Below are positions 48,385-58,669 of a DNA stretch of 64,000 nt, piece after piece; the first letter of the stretch is position 1, and every line of letters starts with the position of its first letter. The notes below the pieces were generated by a model. That model did no database searches, was not told where the DNA came from, and saw only the letters and a list, made by a program, of their open reading frames with translations. Source of the stretch: a virus. The translations under genes were made by a program, and so were the position numbers. The stretch is taken from IMG/VR virus record IMGVR_UViG_3300045970_000455, positions 11,866-75,865 of that record. One strand, 5' to 3'.

Positions 48385-50684
48385 TGCCGGTTATTAACTC
48401 TTTCGGAACAGCAGCAGCTAGGGCATGGGGTACAGCCACAAATGTGGTTAATGTACCGATAGATCCATACTTCGATAACGTGGTATTCTTAGCACACTTT
48501 GACGGCACAAATGGTAGTAATACCATAGTTGACAGCAGCTACTTAGGTAATACTCCAACCATTAACGGTGCCGGTACTATAAGTACAGTTGATAAGAAAT
48601 TCGGAGTATCATCGTGGAAAGCCTCAACCGGTAACTCTTACTTCACTGTATCACTCGGATATGACGGATATATGACAGGTGATTTTACATGGGAGTGCTG
48701 GTATACAGGCAACGGTGGCACCAATGTTATAATGTGTTCAGCTACAGCGGCAGGAACAGCCTATAACCCGGCTGGCGGCTACATATACAACGGATACTAT
48801 CAGGGCTATGGTGGAACGGCATTGCCATTAACTACATCCAATGTGGCATGGACTCACATTGCTATAAGCAGAACCGGAAGTTCTTTATCATCTTTCACAA
48901 ACGGTGTTCTCGGTAGCACAGTGACATATGCAGGTGCGATTGATCTTCAACTGTGTAAATATGGATATTATATAACGGGCGGTAATCTCTTCTATCAAGG
49001 ATACTACGATGAGATTCGAATAACAAAGGGAATCGGCAGATATACATCAACTTTTTCTGTACCTACTGCTGCATTTCCTGATAGAGGCCCAACAACGTAC
49101 GATTCATACTATTCATCTGTATCGCTATTGTTGCACGGAGAAGGAAGTAACGGATCTACAACCTTTACAGATAATAGTCCTACACCAAAAACAATAACAC
49201 GGCAACCAGCAGGGTACAGTTTAGGACCGATTACAACCGTAACAGGAACACAGGCATCGAGAGATATCATATATGCCAACAATCAGTTCGTATCAATAGC
49301 AGGTACCGGTTCGATGACATCACCCAATGGCATCACTTGGACAGGTGGAACCTTGCCTGCAGGGCCTACCGCATATTGGGGATTAGCATACGGCAACGGT
49401 GTATATGTAACAATGGGCAATAGTTCTGCAATAGCAGCAACATCTACAGATGGATTAAACTGGACATCTCGTGCATTACCTGTATCAACAGGCTGGTATT
49501 CGGTTGTATTCGGTAATAATACCTTTGTGGCGAGTAACTCCGGCAATACATATGTATTAACCTCATCCGATGGTATAACATGGACTCAAAGAACTACACC
49601 AGCAGGATCATCGTGTTTACCTGCATTTGGCGCAGGATTATTTGTATATCCAAACTACAACCCGAGAAATGTGTATACATCTCCCGATGGTATAACATGG
49701 ACAACAAGGACAAATGCGCTGCCAGCCTGGCCGGTTGCAACAACAGTATCCATAATAAAATACGGCGGTGGGAAGTTTGTATTAGGAACAACAACAAGCA
49801 CAGGCACGGTAGGGTATACCGCATATTCATCGGACGGTATAACGTGGACACAATCAACTTTCCCTCATACTGCTGTTGCGTATTGGTATGGGTTGGCACA
49901 CTCCGGAAATATGTGGTATGCATCTGTATATGGTGCTAGTGTCGGCGCAATATCATATGATGGCATTTATTGGCAAGCTGTTTCGGGCGGAGGGAATAAT
50001 GGTGCAAATCATGTTGCGTACGGTAATGGTGTATTTGTGGTTGGTAATCTATCATTAGGTCAGGTGGCTGTAATACCGGAGGTATCTTCACAGACAGCAA
50101 TATCTACCACAACCAAGAAGATTGGCACATCATCGATGTCGTTTGCAAATAACAGTCTTACGGTAACACCTGAATCTTCGTTTGATTTAGGTTCTGGAAA
50201 CTTTACGATAGAAATGTATGCTAAGTTTAATACATTACCGGCAACCGGTAACTATATGGCTCTTCTTACTAAAGGATGGAATGATACAGCACAAAACGAT
50301 TATTCATATTTCTTCGGTATAGGGGCAGGTGTTGGCACAGGGGTAACAACCCATCTTGCTTTTTATCATAGTTCCAATGGGCTGGCAGCAACAGTTACAT
50401 CTGCAAATGTAACATGGACAGGTGTTGCTATAAACACATGGGTGCATTTAGCAGCGGTAAGGAATGGTAACGCTATCACTTGTTATGTTAACGGTATTGG
50501 CGGCACACCAGAAACTTTCGCCGGAACAATATTTAATTCTACAAGCAATCTTTACATAGGTGTCGATCCTACCGTTACATTAAATATTCAGCCTAATGCA
50601 TACTTAGACGAAATAAGAATCACAAATGCAGCAAGATATACAGCAAACTTTAACCCACCTACTGCACCGGGACCTAATAGTTAA
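48384..50684 (+). CDS. LamG plus Asp-box beta-propeller receptor-binding protein (paralog)
   Basis: Two LamG units; TSxDGITWT repeats; same N-terminal peptide and C-terminus as the upstream gene. Confidence 0.88.
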   Translation: MPVINSFGTAAARAWGTATNVVNVPIDPYFDNVVFLAHFDGTNGSNTIVDSSYLGNTPTINGAGTISTVDKKFGVSSWKASTGNSYFTVSLGYDGYMTGDFTWECWYTGNGGTNVIMCSATAAGTAYNPAGGYIYNGYYQGYGGTALPLTTSNVAWTHIAISRTGSSLSSFTNGVLGSTVTYAGAIDLQLCKYGYYITGGNLFYQGYYDEIRITKGIGRYTSTFSVPTAAFPDRGPTTYDSYYSSVSLLLHGEGSNGSTTFTDNSPTPKTITRQPAGYSLGPITTVTGTQASRDIIYANNQFVSIAGTGSMTSPNGITWTGGTLPAGPTAYWGLAYGNGVYVTMGNSSAIAATSTDGLNWTSRALPVSTGWYSVVFGNNTFVASNSGNTYVLTSSDGITWTQRTTPAGSSCLPAFGAGLFVYPNYNPRNVYTSPDGITWTTRTNALPAWPVATTVSIIKYGGGKFVLGTTTSTGTVGYTAYSSDGITWTQSTFPHTAVAYWYGLAHSGNMWYASVYGASVGAISYDGIYWQAVSGGGNNGANHVAYGNGVFVVGNLSLGQVAVIPEVSSQTAISTTTKKIGTSSMSFANNSLTVTPESSFDLGSGNFTIEMYAKFNTLPATGNYMALLTKGWNDTAQNDYSYFFGIGAGVGTGVTTHLAFYHSSNGLAATVTSANVTWTGVAINTWVHLAAVRNGNAITCYVNGIGGTPETFAGTIFNSTSNLYIGVDPTVTLNIQPNAYLDEIRITNAARYTANFNPPTAPGPNS

Positions 50685-51448
50685 AGAACTGCGTTGATAC
50701 TTGCTGCTAAATCTGCATCATAGTTATCGGCAGTTTCATCAAACCAGTTCGTGCTTCTAATAGCCCACTCCCAATATGAGTGTGGAATATTTTCCAATAG
50801 TTCGCCTTTATGCTTACCAAATGGGAATTTCTTATACAATATTGGTTTAGACAACCATTCTACTATCTGAGGACCGTACGGTTTGCTAGTGTCTAATAAG
50901 CTATTACTCTCCATTAAATCCACCAAAAATTCAAGCAATTTTCCGGTCATATACGAATCGTTGCCCGCACGGTGGCAATGCATCTCTATAGGCACCTCTA
51001 AATCGAGCGCAAATCTTAAGTATGGTAAGTTTGTTTCTTCTACGCTATCTATATCACTAAATAACTTTTTGGACATACGCCATGTGCATAACCAGTTATG
51101 CTTAGATGTATCTATTCCGTGATTACCTAACACACGCATATCATAAAAATGATTATGAGCAACAAGATATCCACTTGCATATCCGTCAACTACAGATTTA
51201 AATATTTCCTTAGAATCTACGAATGCAGGTTTGTCTTCAACCATTTCATTTGTTATATAACAGATAGATTCTATCTTGGGCGGAATAGTTCCCTTTACGG
51301 GTTTGTGTAGTTCCTGAAATATTGTCCAATCATTATCTTCACGGATAACAAAACCAGTTTCAATGATTTCAGCGAGATTGTAATCACTGGAAGTTGTCTC
51401 TGTATCTAATATCAAACAACTTTTCAAAAAATCTTCTTTATGTGACAT
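50681..51448 (-). CDS. DEDDh 3'-5' exonuclease (ExoX/DnaQ-like) with C-terminal FGKHKG module
   Basis: LDTETT, AHNHFYD, HRAGND, FPFGKHKG. Confidence 0.92.
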   Translation of the reverse strand: MSHKEDFLKSCLILDTETTSSDYNLAEIIETGFVIREDNDWTIFQELHKPVKGTIPPKIESICYITNEMVEDKPAFVDSKEIFKSVVDGYASGYLVAHNHFYDMRVLGNHGIDTSKHNWLCTWRMSKKLFSDIDSVEETNLPYLRFALDLEVPIEMHCHRAGNDSYMTGKLLEFLVDLMESNSLLDTSKPYGPQIVEWLSKPILYKKFPFGKHKGELLENIPHSYWEWAIRSTNWFDETADNYDADLAASINAVL

Positions 51449-51611
51449 TTATTTTACCTTTCTTTTCTACTCTTATATCTGCATCATCTGGTATAGCATA
51501 GGGACACGACTCTTCCCATAGTTCCGGGTGTTTGTCTAAATCTGCTATTTCACTTAAAAATTCGTATCCTTCTTCTGCTATTCCGTATATTATATATTCA
51601 TACTTATACAT
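51438..51611 (-). CDS. 57-aa acidic hypothetical protein
   Basis: Hand translation MYKYEYIIYGIAEEGYEF...; GGAG RBS; TTGATT-17-TAAACT at 51635-51663. Confidence 0.55.
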   Translation of the reverse strand: MYKYEYIIYGIAEEGYEFLSEIADLDKHPELWEESCPYAIPDDADIRVEKKGKINVT

Positions 51612-51677
51612 ATGTTCTCCGCTTTATCTTAATAAGTTTAACACAATCTATATAGAAAATCAAGTTTTCAATCATAG

Positions 51678-51701
51678 GTAGTGGCACAAAAGTGCCACTA
51701 C
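51678..51701. terminator. Perfect hairpin, possible terminator
   Basis: GTAGTGGCAC-AAAA-GTGCCACTAC just downstream of 51710; weak U-tract. Confidence 0.55.
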
Positions 51702-51709
51702 AGTTTATT

Positions 51710-52183
51710 TCAATATCTTTTTAATGTAAATACTGGTGCAGCTTGAAATGATCTGTCTAACACCTTATACACCTGATATCCTGTCACAAACTTGATAGGA
51801 CCAAGTGTGCAAGAATATCTCCATATATCACCTCTTTCCCAGAACCCTAAAGGAGTCTCCGGAATATAGTCGGTAGTAGGTTTACCTAATCTAACTGCTA
51901 ATGTCATTAAACAGTTTCTAACCCCTAACCAGTACCAACTTGTAAACCATTTACCATACTTGTCATATATCTTTTTAACGGTAGGTTCATACATACCGCC
52001 CGGTAATCTTTCATCGGGTGTAGAGAACCAAGATAACCACTTAGGTAAATCCCCACGTATAACACCATCGGTTGGCTGCTTATCCCATTTAATAAAAGGT
52101 AATGTAAGTATTACCAAGAACGGGCATAAGAAACTTAATACAAGTAACAATACACCTAATATGACTGGAACTATATATTTCAT
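51710..52183 (-). CDS. Conserved phage membrane-anchored protein
   Basis: N-terminal TM; LPKWLSWFSTPDERLPG, YWLGVRN. Confidence 0.7.
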   Translation of the reverse strand: MKYIVPVILGVLLLVLSFLCPFLVILTLPFIKWDKQPTDGVIRGDLPKWLSWFSTPDERLPGGMYEPTVKKIYDKYGKWFTSWYWLGVRNCLMTLAVRLGKPTTDYIPETPLGFWERGDIWRYSCTLGPIKFVTGYQVYKVLDRSFQAAPVFTLKRY

Positions 52184-52184
52184 A

Positions 52185-52631
52185 TTATCTGCCCTGAGTT
52201 AACCTTTGTAACAGTGCCTCTGCTGTCTGCATTGACTTCTGCAGATTAAACATCATTTTATTTAATGCATTTATAGTTTCGGCATCGGGTGGCATTTCTG
52301 ATTTGGCTGCTACCCTATTAGATGCGGCACTACCCATAGTTTGCGGCGCTGTATTACCTGTGATGTTCCCCATCATCCCGTCAAACTTTGGATCGCCGGT
52401 TGCTTCTTTGACTTGTTCGGCTACCGCTGGTGTCATTCCGGTATTGTGTTGCTTCATCAATTTCTTGTCATCTGCGGCAAGAGCTTTGTCATAATACGCT
52501 TTCTTGTCATCTTTCTCAGGATTTACTTTACCCTTGACAAAATTCTTTACACCGTTGACAACATCACCGAGGCCTTCTTCAACTTGCTTTTTGGCAGGGT
52601 TGGGCTTCTTGGAGAATTCATTTAATTTCAT
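52185..52631 (-). CDS. Probable internal head protein
   Basis: MKLNEF, VEEG; low complexity. Confidence 0.55.
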   Translation of the reverse strand: MKLNEFSKKPNPAKKQVEEGLGDVVNGVKNFVKGKVNPEKDDKKAYYDKALAADDKKLMKQHNTGMTPAVAEQVKEATGDPKFDGMMGNITGNTAPQTMGSAASNRVAAKSEMPPDAETINALNKMMFNLQKSMQTAEALLQRLTQGR

Positions 52632-52632
52632 A

Positions 52633-54534
52633 TTATTTGCCGTAGCCCTTCATGTTACCTAACTTAGCAAAGCGAGACATCCAATCTAACACATCTTGGT
52701 CGGCGGATTCTGCTAATTGAACATCGGAATTAGTTGCACCTTCCGACTTAACATGGGAATTTAATCCTGCCGACTTATTCCGTCTTCCTCGAGTTACTGA
52801 TCCAGACTTGCTACCACGAGTACCGTTAAGTGTTTTACCTAAATTTTTCTTTTCTTCACGGTCATTATAGTTGCCCACCTTAACTTTTCCACCACGCGCC
52901 AAGAAATCAGTCAATGCAGGATCGTCTGGCTTCTCTTCGTTCTCTTCATCTAATTCTTCTTCAACATCTTCGTCGACTTCTTTATCTGCTTTTCTACCGT
53001 TAGGATTTTGTGTATGCACTAATCCTGTCTTGGTTTTAGTGGTAGTTCCACCTGTAGAAGATTTTTCGGATTCGCCGGGCTTTAATTCTTTATCTTCCTT
53101 TCCAAGATCTTCCCACGGGTTACCCTCTTCCTTAATCTTAGTACCTGCTGTGCCTAATGTAACCATTCCTAAGACTGATTCATTTAGTTTGTCGTATTTC
53201 TTCAATGAGTTCATCATTGCTGCTACGTCTTGGTCTACATTTTCCATAATTTCTTTTCCTTTATAAATGGTTAATTCTGGTGTTGGCGCTGTACCTGTTG
53301 GGCCAGCGACAGAGCCCTTTATTCCTAAATCTTCAACTATTATTCTTTCTGCTAGTTCTCTAATGCTTTCCATAGGCGCCTGTTCTGGCTGTTGTGGTTC
53401 AGCTGGCGCTGCAATCTGCGGCTGTGCTGCGTTATCGGGCTCTGATAACTCAACTTCTGCTGGTCGTTTTGTGTCTGTAAAATATCCAGATGTACGAAAT
53501 CGAGACAACTTAGCTATTTCTTTATTCACATCGTATTCTTTAACTTTAGTTTCGGGATCTCTATTTAGCGTAGGATCTTCTTTCCACTCTTCGGTTTTTG
53601 CTTTTATTTCTGCGCTATTTGACTGTAACCCTGTTACAAGATCATCATACAAATATGGATATTTTTCTGATATGAGTGTAGTAGGGCGCACAGGTATATT
53701 TCCTATGTCCATAAAATCACCCGATCCTGCGTCAAACTGAAACTTAGATATAGTGTCAATCTTTGACCCGGCCCTAGGGCCTTGTCGCACCTCAACTTCA
53801 GTTTTGATTAACTTTTTCTTGCCGGTCTTTTCATCTACACCATATGGCATAAAAACAAACAACATAGATCTATTCGCATAGTTGTGCCAGAAACTTAATT
53901 GAGTAGCATTAACAGTACACCAGCCTGATCCTTCGCCAATCATTCTACTGCCAGGCTTATTAAACGGAACAGCAATTCTGTAATCATCGTTGTCAACCAC
54001 TGTAATGGCCTTTGCTAATAATCTTAGTGCTTTCTTTTTATCTTGATCTTTATAAGATTCTAACTCTGCCGCATATGTAGGATTTGACTTTAGAATCTGA
54101 CTTAAATAGTTAATGCCTGCAAAGTTATCAATCGATCGATGGGGCTCCAACAGTTTTTTCTTATTCTTTAGTGCATACCAGTCAGCGAGAATCATATTTA
54201 GATTCCCTGTTATATCTTCCCAGTTAGATTTTCTATTGATATATGATTTGGTAACCCAGCCAACATCGGCACCATTGCTGGAATATACAACACCATCATA
54301 TCCTTTCTTTTCTATGGAATCTAAGTTCTCCAAAAACCAATGAGCTACTTTCTCGTCGGTGGATTTATCGAATATCCTTGAAGTGCCTCGAGGAAACCTA
54401 GCGGGATTAAAGGCTGCTTCGTTACGAAGAATTCTTGCAATCGCCGCGACAAGTTCCTTATTACTGAATACGCGCTGGCTTCCTGCAGTAAGTGCCACAT
54501 CCTCTTTTAAAAATCGTCTTAGCTTGTTCATCAT
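52633..54534 (-). CDS. Probable internal head / ejected protein with GxGxxWCT domain
   Basis: IGEGSGWCT...F.HNY...KFQFD....FMD; acidic linkers with LNES, LAES, IMEN. Confidence 0.6.
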   Translation of the reverse strand: MMNKLRRFLKEDVALTAGSQRVFSNKELVAAIARILRNEAAFNPARFPRGTSRIFDKSTDEKVAHWFLENLDSIEKKGYDGVVYSSNGADVGWVTKSYINRKSNWEDITGNLNMILADWYALKNKKKLLEPHRSIDNFAGINYLSQILKSNPTYAAELESYKDQDKKKALRLLAKAITVVDNDDYRIAVPFNKPGSRMIGEGSGWCTVNATQLSFWHNYANRSMLFVFMPYGVDEKTGKKKLIKTEVEVRQGPRAGSKIDTISKFQFDAGSGDFMDIGNIPVRPTTLISEKYPYLYDDLVTGLQSNSAEIKAKTEEWKEDPTLNRDPETKVKEYDVNKEIAKLSRFRTSGYFTDTKRPAEVELSEPDNAAQPQIAAPAEPQQPEQAPMESIRELAERIIVEDLGIKGSVAGPTGTAPTPELTIYKGKEIMENVDQDVAAMMNSLKKYDKLNESVLGMVTLGTAGTKIKEEGNPWEDLGKEDKELKPGESEKSSTGGTTTKTKTGLVHTQNPNGRKADKEVDEDVEEELDEENEEKPDDPALTDFLARGGKVKVGNYNDREEKKNLGKTLNGTRGSKSGSVTRGRRNKSAGLNSHVKSEGATNSDVQLAESADQDVLDWMSRFAKLGNMKGYGK

Positions 54535-57500
54535 TAACCAGCCAACATAGCACGACGAAGCGCATCTCTTATCTGCTGCATTTCCACTGAATGCGCTTTA
54601 TCGCCGGGCACTTGTCTTCCGTGTATAGCAGGTGTAGGTGAAGTTATTCTCCTTATATACTCTTTAAATTTCGGATCATATTCATTTTCTGCACCCGATA
54701 AATCTATGATAGCCTTTTTAAAGCTATCAACAACAACAGGCAATGACATAACACTGGTAGGATCCTTTGTCGCATCCAACGAGACTTTGACTTTTTCCAG
54801 CGCCTCGTGGTGGCGATCGAGCCGGTATCGCTCATCGACGGTGCCGGCTTCTCTCGATTCGGCTTTCACGAGGCCGATGACTTCGTTAGTAATACGAATG
54901 ACAAGAGTCGGGCCAAGTTTGTTTAACAAGGCAGCTATAGCAGGTTGTTCGTTAAAATACCTCGGAGCAGCGGGCTTTGTTGCCTTACTTGCATATCTTA
55001 TATTGGCATTATCTCGTTGCCTAGCAGCATCGGCGTTGGTACTTGCGCTCTCATATACGCCTGGTTCGCCTGGCATAGTTTTGCGCCATGTTTTCTTTTC
55101 TATATCATACCCCGGTTTCTCGTCACCTTGTTTATACTTGCCCGGGATATGGTTATACTTTTCCGGATCGTTTTTGTGCCAGGCTGGTCTACTTGCAGGC
55201 GTATCTAAATCGCGGCTGGTATTAACATTCTTATATGTTAGTTGTTTTTCTGGTTTGTCAACCATTGGTATTATTTTTGCACGATCATCACCGACAGTAG
55301 CTAAATCAAAGTTAGGATCAACCATTTGTCCTTTATGACTTACTGTAACATCTTGACCACCGGTTGGACGAGGAGTGCTCTTTACACCTGGGTTATATTC
55401 TCTATGTGCAATTTTGTTTCTTTCTACGGCGCCCGGGGACGATGGTGATAACTCTTCAGGGCCACCACGCAAACCGTCCCAACCTGCCATCCACACAGCA
55501 ACAATAGGGCCAATCTTGTCATTCAATAAGTTAAATACATTATTAGGATTCTGAGTATCCCTGCCATTAGCCAATCCCATTCTAGCCTTTACAGTCTGTA
55601 TCTTAGGCGCTGTTGGATCCTGAAAATCATCAAGGTCAGCATCATTAGGCATTACTGCGCCTGCAGGTTGTAATAAGTTAGCAGGAATTCTTTCTCCGTT
55701 ACTCGAGAATGCAATAACTTCATACCTAATCGATCCGTTATGACTTTTCCAAACTGGGGGGTGCGGTGGTTTCTTTTTAGCTGCCGATGCTCTATATTTT
55801 TCTACAGATGCCTTGTTCGGCTTTATTGCTGCTACGCCGCCTTGGCCTGACACAAAAATAAAGTCATCCCCATTATTATTGAAGTATGCCCAAGCTAACT
55901 GGGATGCATTTTTCGAACCCGATACAGGAACCGGCACCATTTCGGCCTCGTTGCTAAGTTTTTGCACTCCGTGGACAAACTGTATAAGCCTTCGCGCACC
56001 TTCTTTCTTACCTATTAATCGAGCAACAGGGTGATTAGTTGGTTTAGCATTGCCTAAGCGAGCAGCCATTGCTGCCTTCTTTTTAGAATTCTGTATAGCA
56101 GCATATTCTTTACCGGACCTAGCCGATTCGTCTATATCTGACTTACCAGAAACTCTAATAGCTTCTCTAACTTTTTCATCTAGTGCTAATTCTTCAAATA
56201 GTGATAAACCCATAATATTTCCTTTAATATTTTCTCTTAATCTCGGCGTATTTCGGCCACCTAAAGCTCTTCCCGGAGGTTGGGCACCCGGGCCTTGTAT
56301 TCTTGCTGTGTTATCTGGATAGGCATAGATGTATTGTCCCTGTGGATCTCTCACAACATGGAATCTAATACCGTTTGCTCTATACTCTTTTACATCAGGT
56401 CTATAACCCGGTATCGCTAATCCATGGCTAACATCTACAATACCCATATCTTCTGCATTGTCTCTTAACCAACCTGCTACAGCACGCATTTCTGCATCTG
56501 TGTTTGGCCCTTGTCCGCCCACATTGGCTATAGTTTGTATGTCGCCTACTGGAGTTGATGTAAACATACTAAACACTGATCTACCCATGCCCCTTATGTG
56601 CGCATCATTCATTCCCGGTAAGTTGCGAACATGATGCCAATCGGGTGACTGAACACCTGCTGCTTGCATTGCTGTGCTAATCACTGCAGGCACATCCCTT
56701 GCTGTTCTAACAACTAACTCGTTTTGCGGAACAGGAATAACTGGATTGTCGACATCGGGTGTTATTGCATCGCGATTAATACGACTCATCCAGTTCATCA
56801 TTTCTGGATCAGGTGTCATACCTGCCAATCTATCTTGTGTATCTTGCCTTGATGCTGCCGGTAGATCCATTTGTGGTTCTTCAGGGTCAGGTAATGTATC
56901 ATCGAACTCGCCGTCATCACTGTCTGGTACCGTTAATGCATTATCGTCTGTATCACCATCTAAATCTAAGAAACTTAGGTCGTCTATGCTAGGCTTTGTT
57001 TTTGTTGTTGTCTTTTTCGGTCCAATCGGTGGCGCAGTGGCTTCATCAGCATATGCTACCTCTTCTCCAAACAAAGGCTGCTCTACATCTACTGCATTTT
57101 GAGGCTCTTCGGCAAAATCCACAGGTATTTCAGTTAAGTCGTCTTCTGTATTTGTTAGAGGAGAATCAATACCATCTCTGAATTTATATTCTGTCTTAGA
57201 TACTATATCACCTAACTTAACACCTTTACTAGGTGTGGTTTCTTTATTTTCTGTGTTGTCGGGAAAACAAGTCTTGCAAGACCATTTATCACATCCGCAT
57301 TTGTCAGAAACCGGCTTTTCTTCTGCAAGAGGTTTACCTTCGTCTGCTAAGGCCTCTTCTACAGCCGATATCCATTTTGAAAATTCGTCTTGATTATTCA
57401 TTGATTCTTTTACCTTTACATTATCGGCGCCTAGCGAAATCGGCGATAGATTACCATCATTGTCCATATTCTTAAAGTTGTCTTTAGCATTTTGTTCCAG

Positions 57501-58208
57501 TACGGCACTAACCTTTTCAGTTGCCACTGTAATAGTTTTACTATCGAAACTGATTATACATTCTTGACCGCTTGTCGAATATGCAACAAAGATACCATAT
57601 CCAGGGCCAATCACTGTGCCATATACATCATCTACCTTAACCATATCTCCTGGACGAAATTCTGGCTTATCTTTCATAGATCCCACTGTGTCTGGTGCTA
57701 TACTCGAGTGAAACCAGTTATTGCCGGTTTTTAACTCATCTACAGATGGATTATCATCATTGTTTATAGAATTTAAATCATTTAACTTATATTCTTTATT
57801 CTGTCCTTTGATATCAATAATAGCACCTGCGCTTGTATATTTCACAAATCTTCCAACACCACCTCCTGCAGACGGCGTTATCATAACAGTATCATTTTCG
57901 CTGAATGTATCTTTACCTATATTATCTTCGACAGGTAGATCTTTCTGTGTAGATTTAGGGGTATATTGTATATTATTAGACGAACCCTTTTTGCTTAAAG
58001 CTGGTGCAGCATATACGGGTGCTGCAGGCTCTTCTTGTTTTGTGCCTGCCATTAAGTCGTTCATATTTAACGACACATTCACTGTAACAGGTGCAGTGGC
58101 AGTTGTTGGCGAACTTTCTTGTTCTATATTATCTTGAAAACTGGCAATATTGGCAGCAAGTAATTCTGCACCCACTACAATATCCATCCATTTTTTAATA
58201 TCTGACAT
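54534..58208 (-). CDS. Large probable head polyprotein (KOW/SH3-like repeats, Zn ribbon, further domains)
   Basis: FSENDTV and FRPGDMVKV, CGCDKWSCKTC, acidic linkers; GATAAATA at 58234-58241. Confidence 0.6.
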   Translation of the reverse strand: MSDIKKWMDIVVGAELLAANIASFQDNIEQESSPTTATAPVTVNVSLNMNDLMAGTKQEEPAAPVYAAPALSKKGSSNNIQYTPKSTQKDLPVEDNIGKDTFSENDTVMITPSAGGGVGRFVKYTSAGAIIDIKGQNKEYKLNDLNSINNDDNPSVDELKTGNNWFHSSIAPDTVGSMKDKPEFRPGDMVKVDDVYGTVIGPGYGIFVAYSTSGQECIISFDSKTITVATEKVSAVLEQNAKDNFKNMDNDGNLSPISLGADNVKVKESMNNQDEFSKWISAVEEALADEGKPLAEEKPVSDKCGCDKWSCKTCFPDNTENKETTPSKGVKLGDIVSKTEYKFRDGIDSPLTNTEDDLTEIPVDFAEEPQNAVDVEQPLFGEEVAYADEATAPPIGPKKTTTKTKPSIDDLSFLDLDGDTDDNALTVPDSDDGEFDDTLPDPEEPQMDLPAASRQDTQDRLAGMTPDPEMMNWMSRINRDAITPDVDNPVIPVPQNELVVRTARDVPAVISTAMQAAGVQSPDWHHVRNLPGMNDAHIRGMGRSVFSMFTSTPVGDIQTIANVGGQGPNTDAEMRAVAGWLRDNAEDMGIVDVSHGLAIPGYRPDVKEYRANGIRFHVVRDPQGQYIYAYPDNTARIQGPGAQPPGRALGGRNTPRLRENIKGNIMGLSLFEELALDEKVREAIRVSGKSDIDESARSGKEYAAIQNSKKKAAMAARLGNAKPTNHPVARLIGKKEGARRLIQFVHGVQKLSNEAEMVPVPVSGSKNASQLAWAYFNNNGDDFIFVSGQGGVAAIKPNKASVEKYRASAAKKKPPHPPVWKSHNGSIRYEVIAFSSNGERIPANLLQPAGAVMPNDADLDDFQDPTAPKIQTVKARMGLANGRDTQNPNNVFNLLNDKIGPIVAVWMAGWDGLRGGPEELSPSSPGAVERNKIAHREYNPGVKSTPRPTGGQDVTVSHKGQMVDPNFDLATVGDDRAKIIPMVDKPEKQLTYKNVNTSRDLDTPASRPAWHKNDPEKYNHIPGKYKQGDEKPGYDIEKKTWRKTMPGEPGVYESASTNADAARQRDNANIRYASKATKPAAPRYFNEQPAIAALLNKLGPTLVIRITNEVIGLVKAESREAGTVDERYRLDRHHEALEKVKVSLDATKDPTSVMSLPVVVDSFKKAIIDLSGAENEYDPKFKEYIRRITSPTPAIHGRQVPGDKAHSVEMQQIRDALRRAMLAG

Positions 58209-58266
58209 GTCTCGTCCCTGTTTGTTGATATTGTATTTATCACAGAGACAAGATATTTTGGCCGTG

Positions 58267-58291
58267 AAAAAGGCACTCGAGAGTGCCTTTT
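58267..58291. terminator. Bidirectional-type intrinsic terminator
   Basis: AAAAAGGCACT-CGAG-AGTGCCTTTT. Confidence 0.85.
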
Positions 58292-58305
58292 ATCTGTGTG
58301 GCGTA

Positions 58306-58515
58306 TTATGGGTATATTGCTAACTTTACAGTATCTTTTACCTTTGTTATTAGTTGACTTGCTGTAGCAGTTACACCCACAGCAATCATTATAGGAAGGG
58401 TTACCATACATACAACTATTATGCTGGTAACCTGTATAGGAAATGATAATGTTTTATCCCCATTCAACGTTAACCAGTGCCCCGTTGACATTATAGATTT
58501 ATTTGGTTTCTTCAT
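58306..58515 (-). CDS. Small membrane protein
   Basis: One long hydrophobic segment. Confidence 0.5.
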   Translation of the reverse strand: MKKPNKSIMSTGHWLTLNGDKTLSFPIQVTSIIVVCMVTLPIMIAVGVTATASQLITKVKDTVKLAIYP

Positions 58516-58669
58516 TTGATAATTCTTTCTCTATTATATATGTTGCCATGTCAGCAGATAGTGTCATATACACTCGGTCATAATGTTCTTCGCAATATGA
58601 TTTACCATCAAGCGACACACGGTTACAACCGCATCCTTCGCCTATCCATGTGCAGGTATTACTCGTCAT
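58499..58669 (-). CDS. 56-aa GcrA C-terminal-domain-like protein
   Basis: Hand translation MTSNTCTWIGEGCGCNRVSLDGKSYCEEHYDRVY...; C-x-W-IG...C...YC-x2-H...VY pattern. Confidence 0.6.
   Translation of the reverse strand: MTSNTCTWIGEGCGCNRVSLDGKSYCEEHYDRVYMTLSADMATYIIEKELSNEETK

Noticed and set aside
48295-50678. Near-identical 3' ends of the two LamG genes as a DGR template/variable repeat pair
   Set aside because: Differences are synonymous and not adenine-specific, both copies are coding, and no reverse transcriptase is in the window.
13555-58137. Many 60-210 aa antisense ORFs in the track (for example 13555-14142, 20077-20667, 54706-55338)
   Set aside because: They are shadows of long genes with biased codons, with no RBS or motifs of their own.
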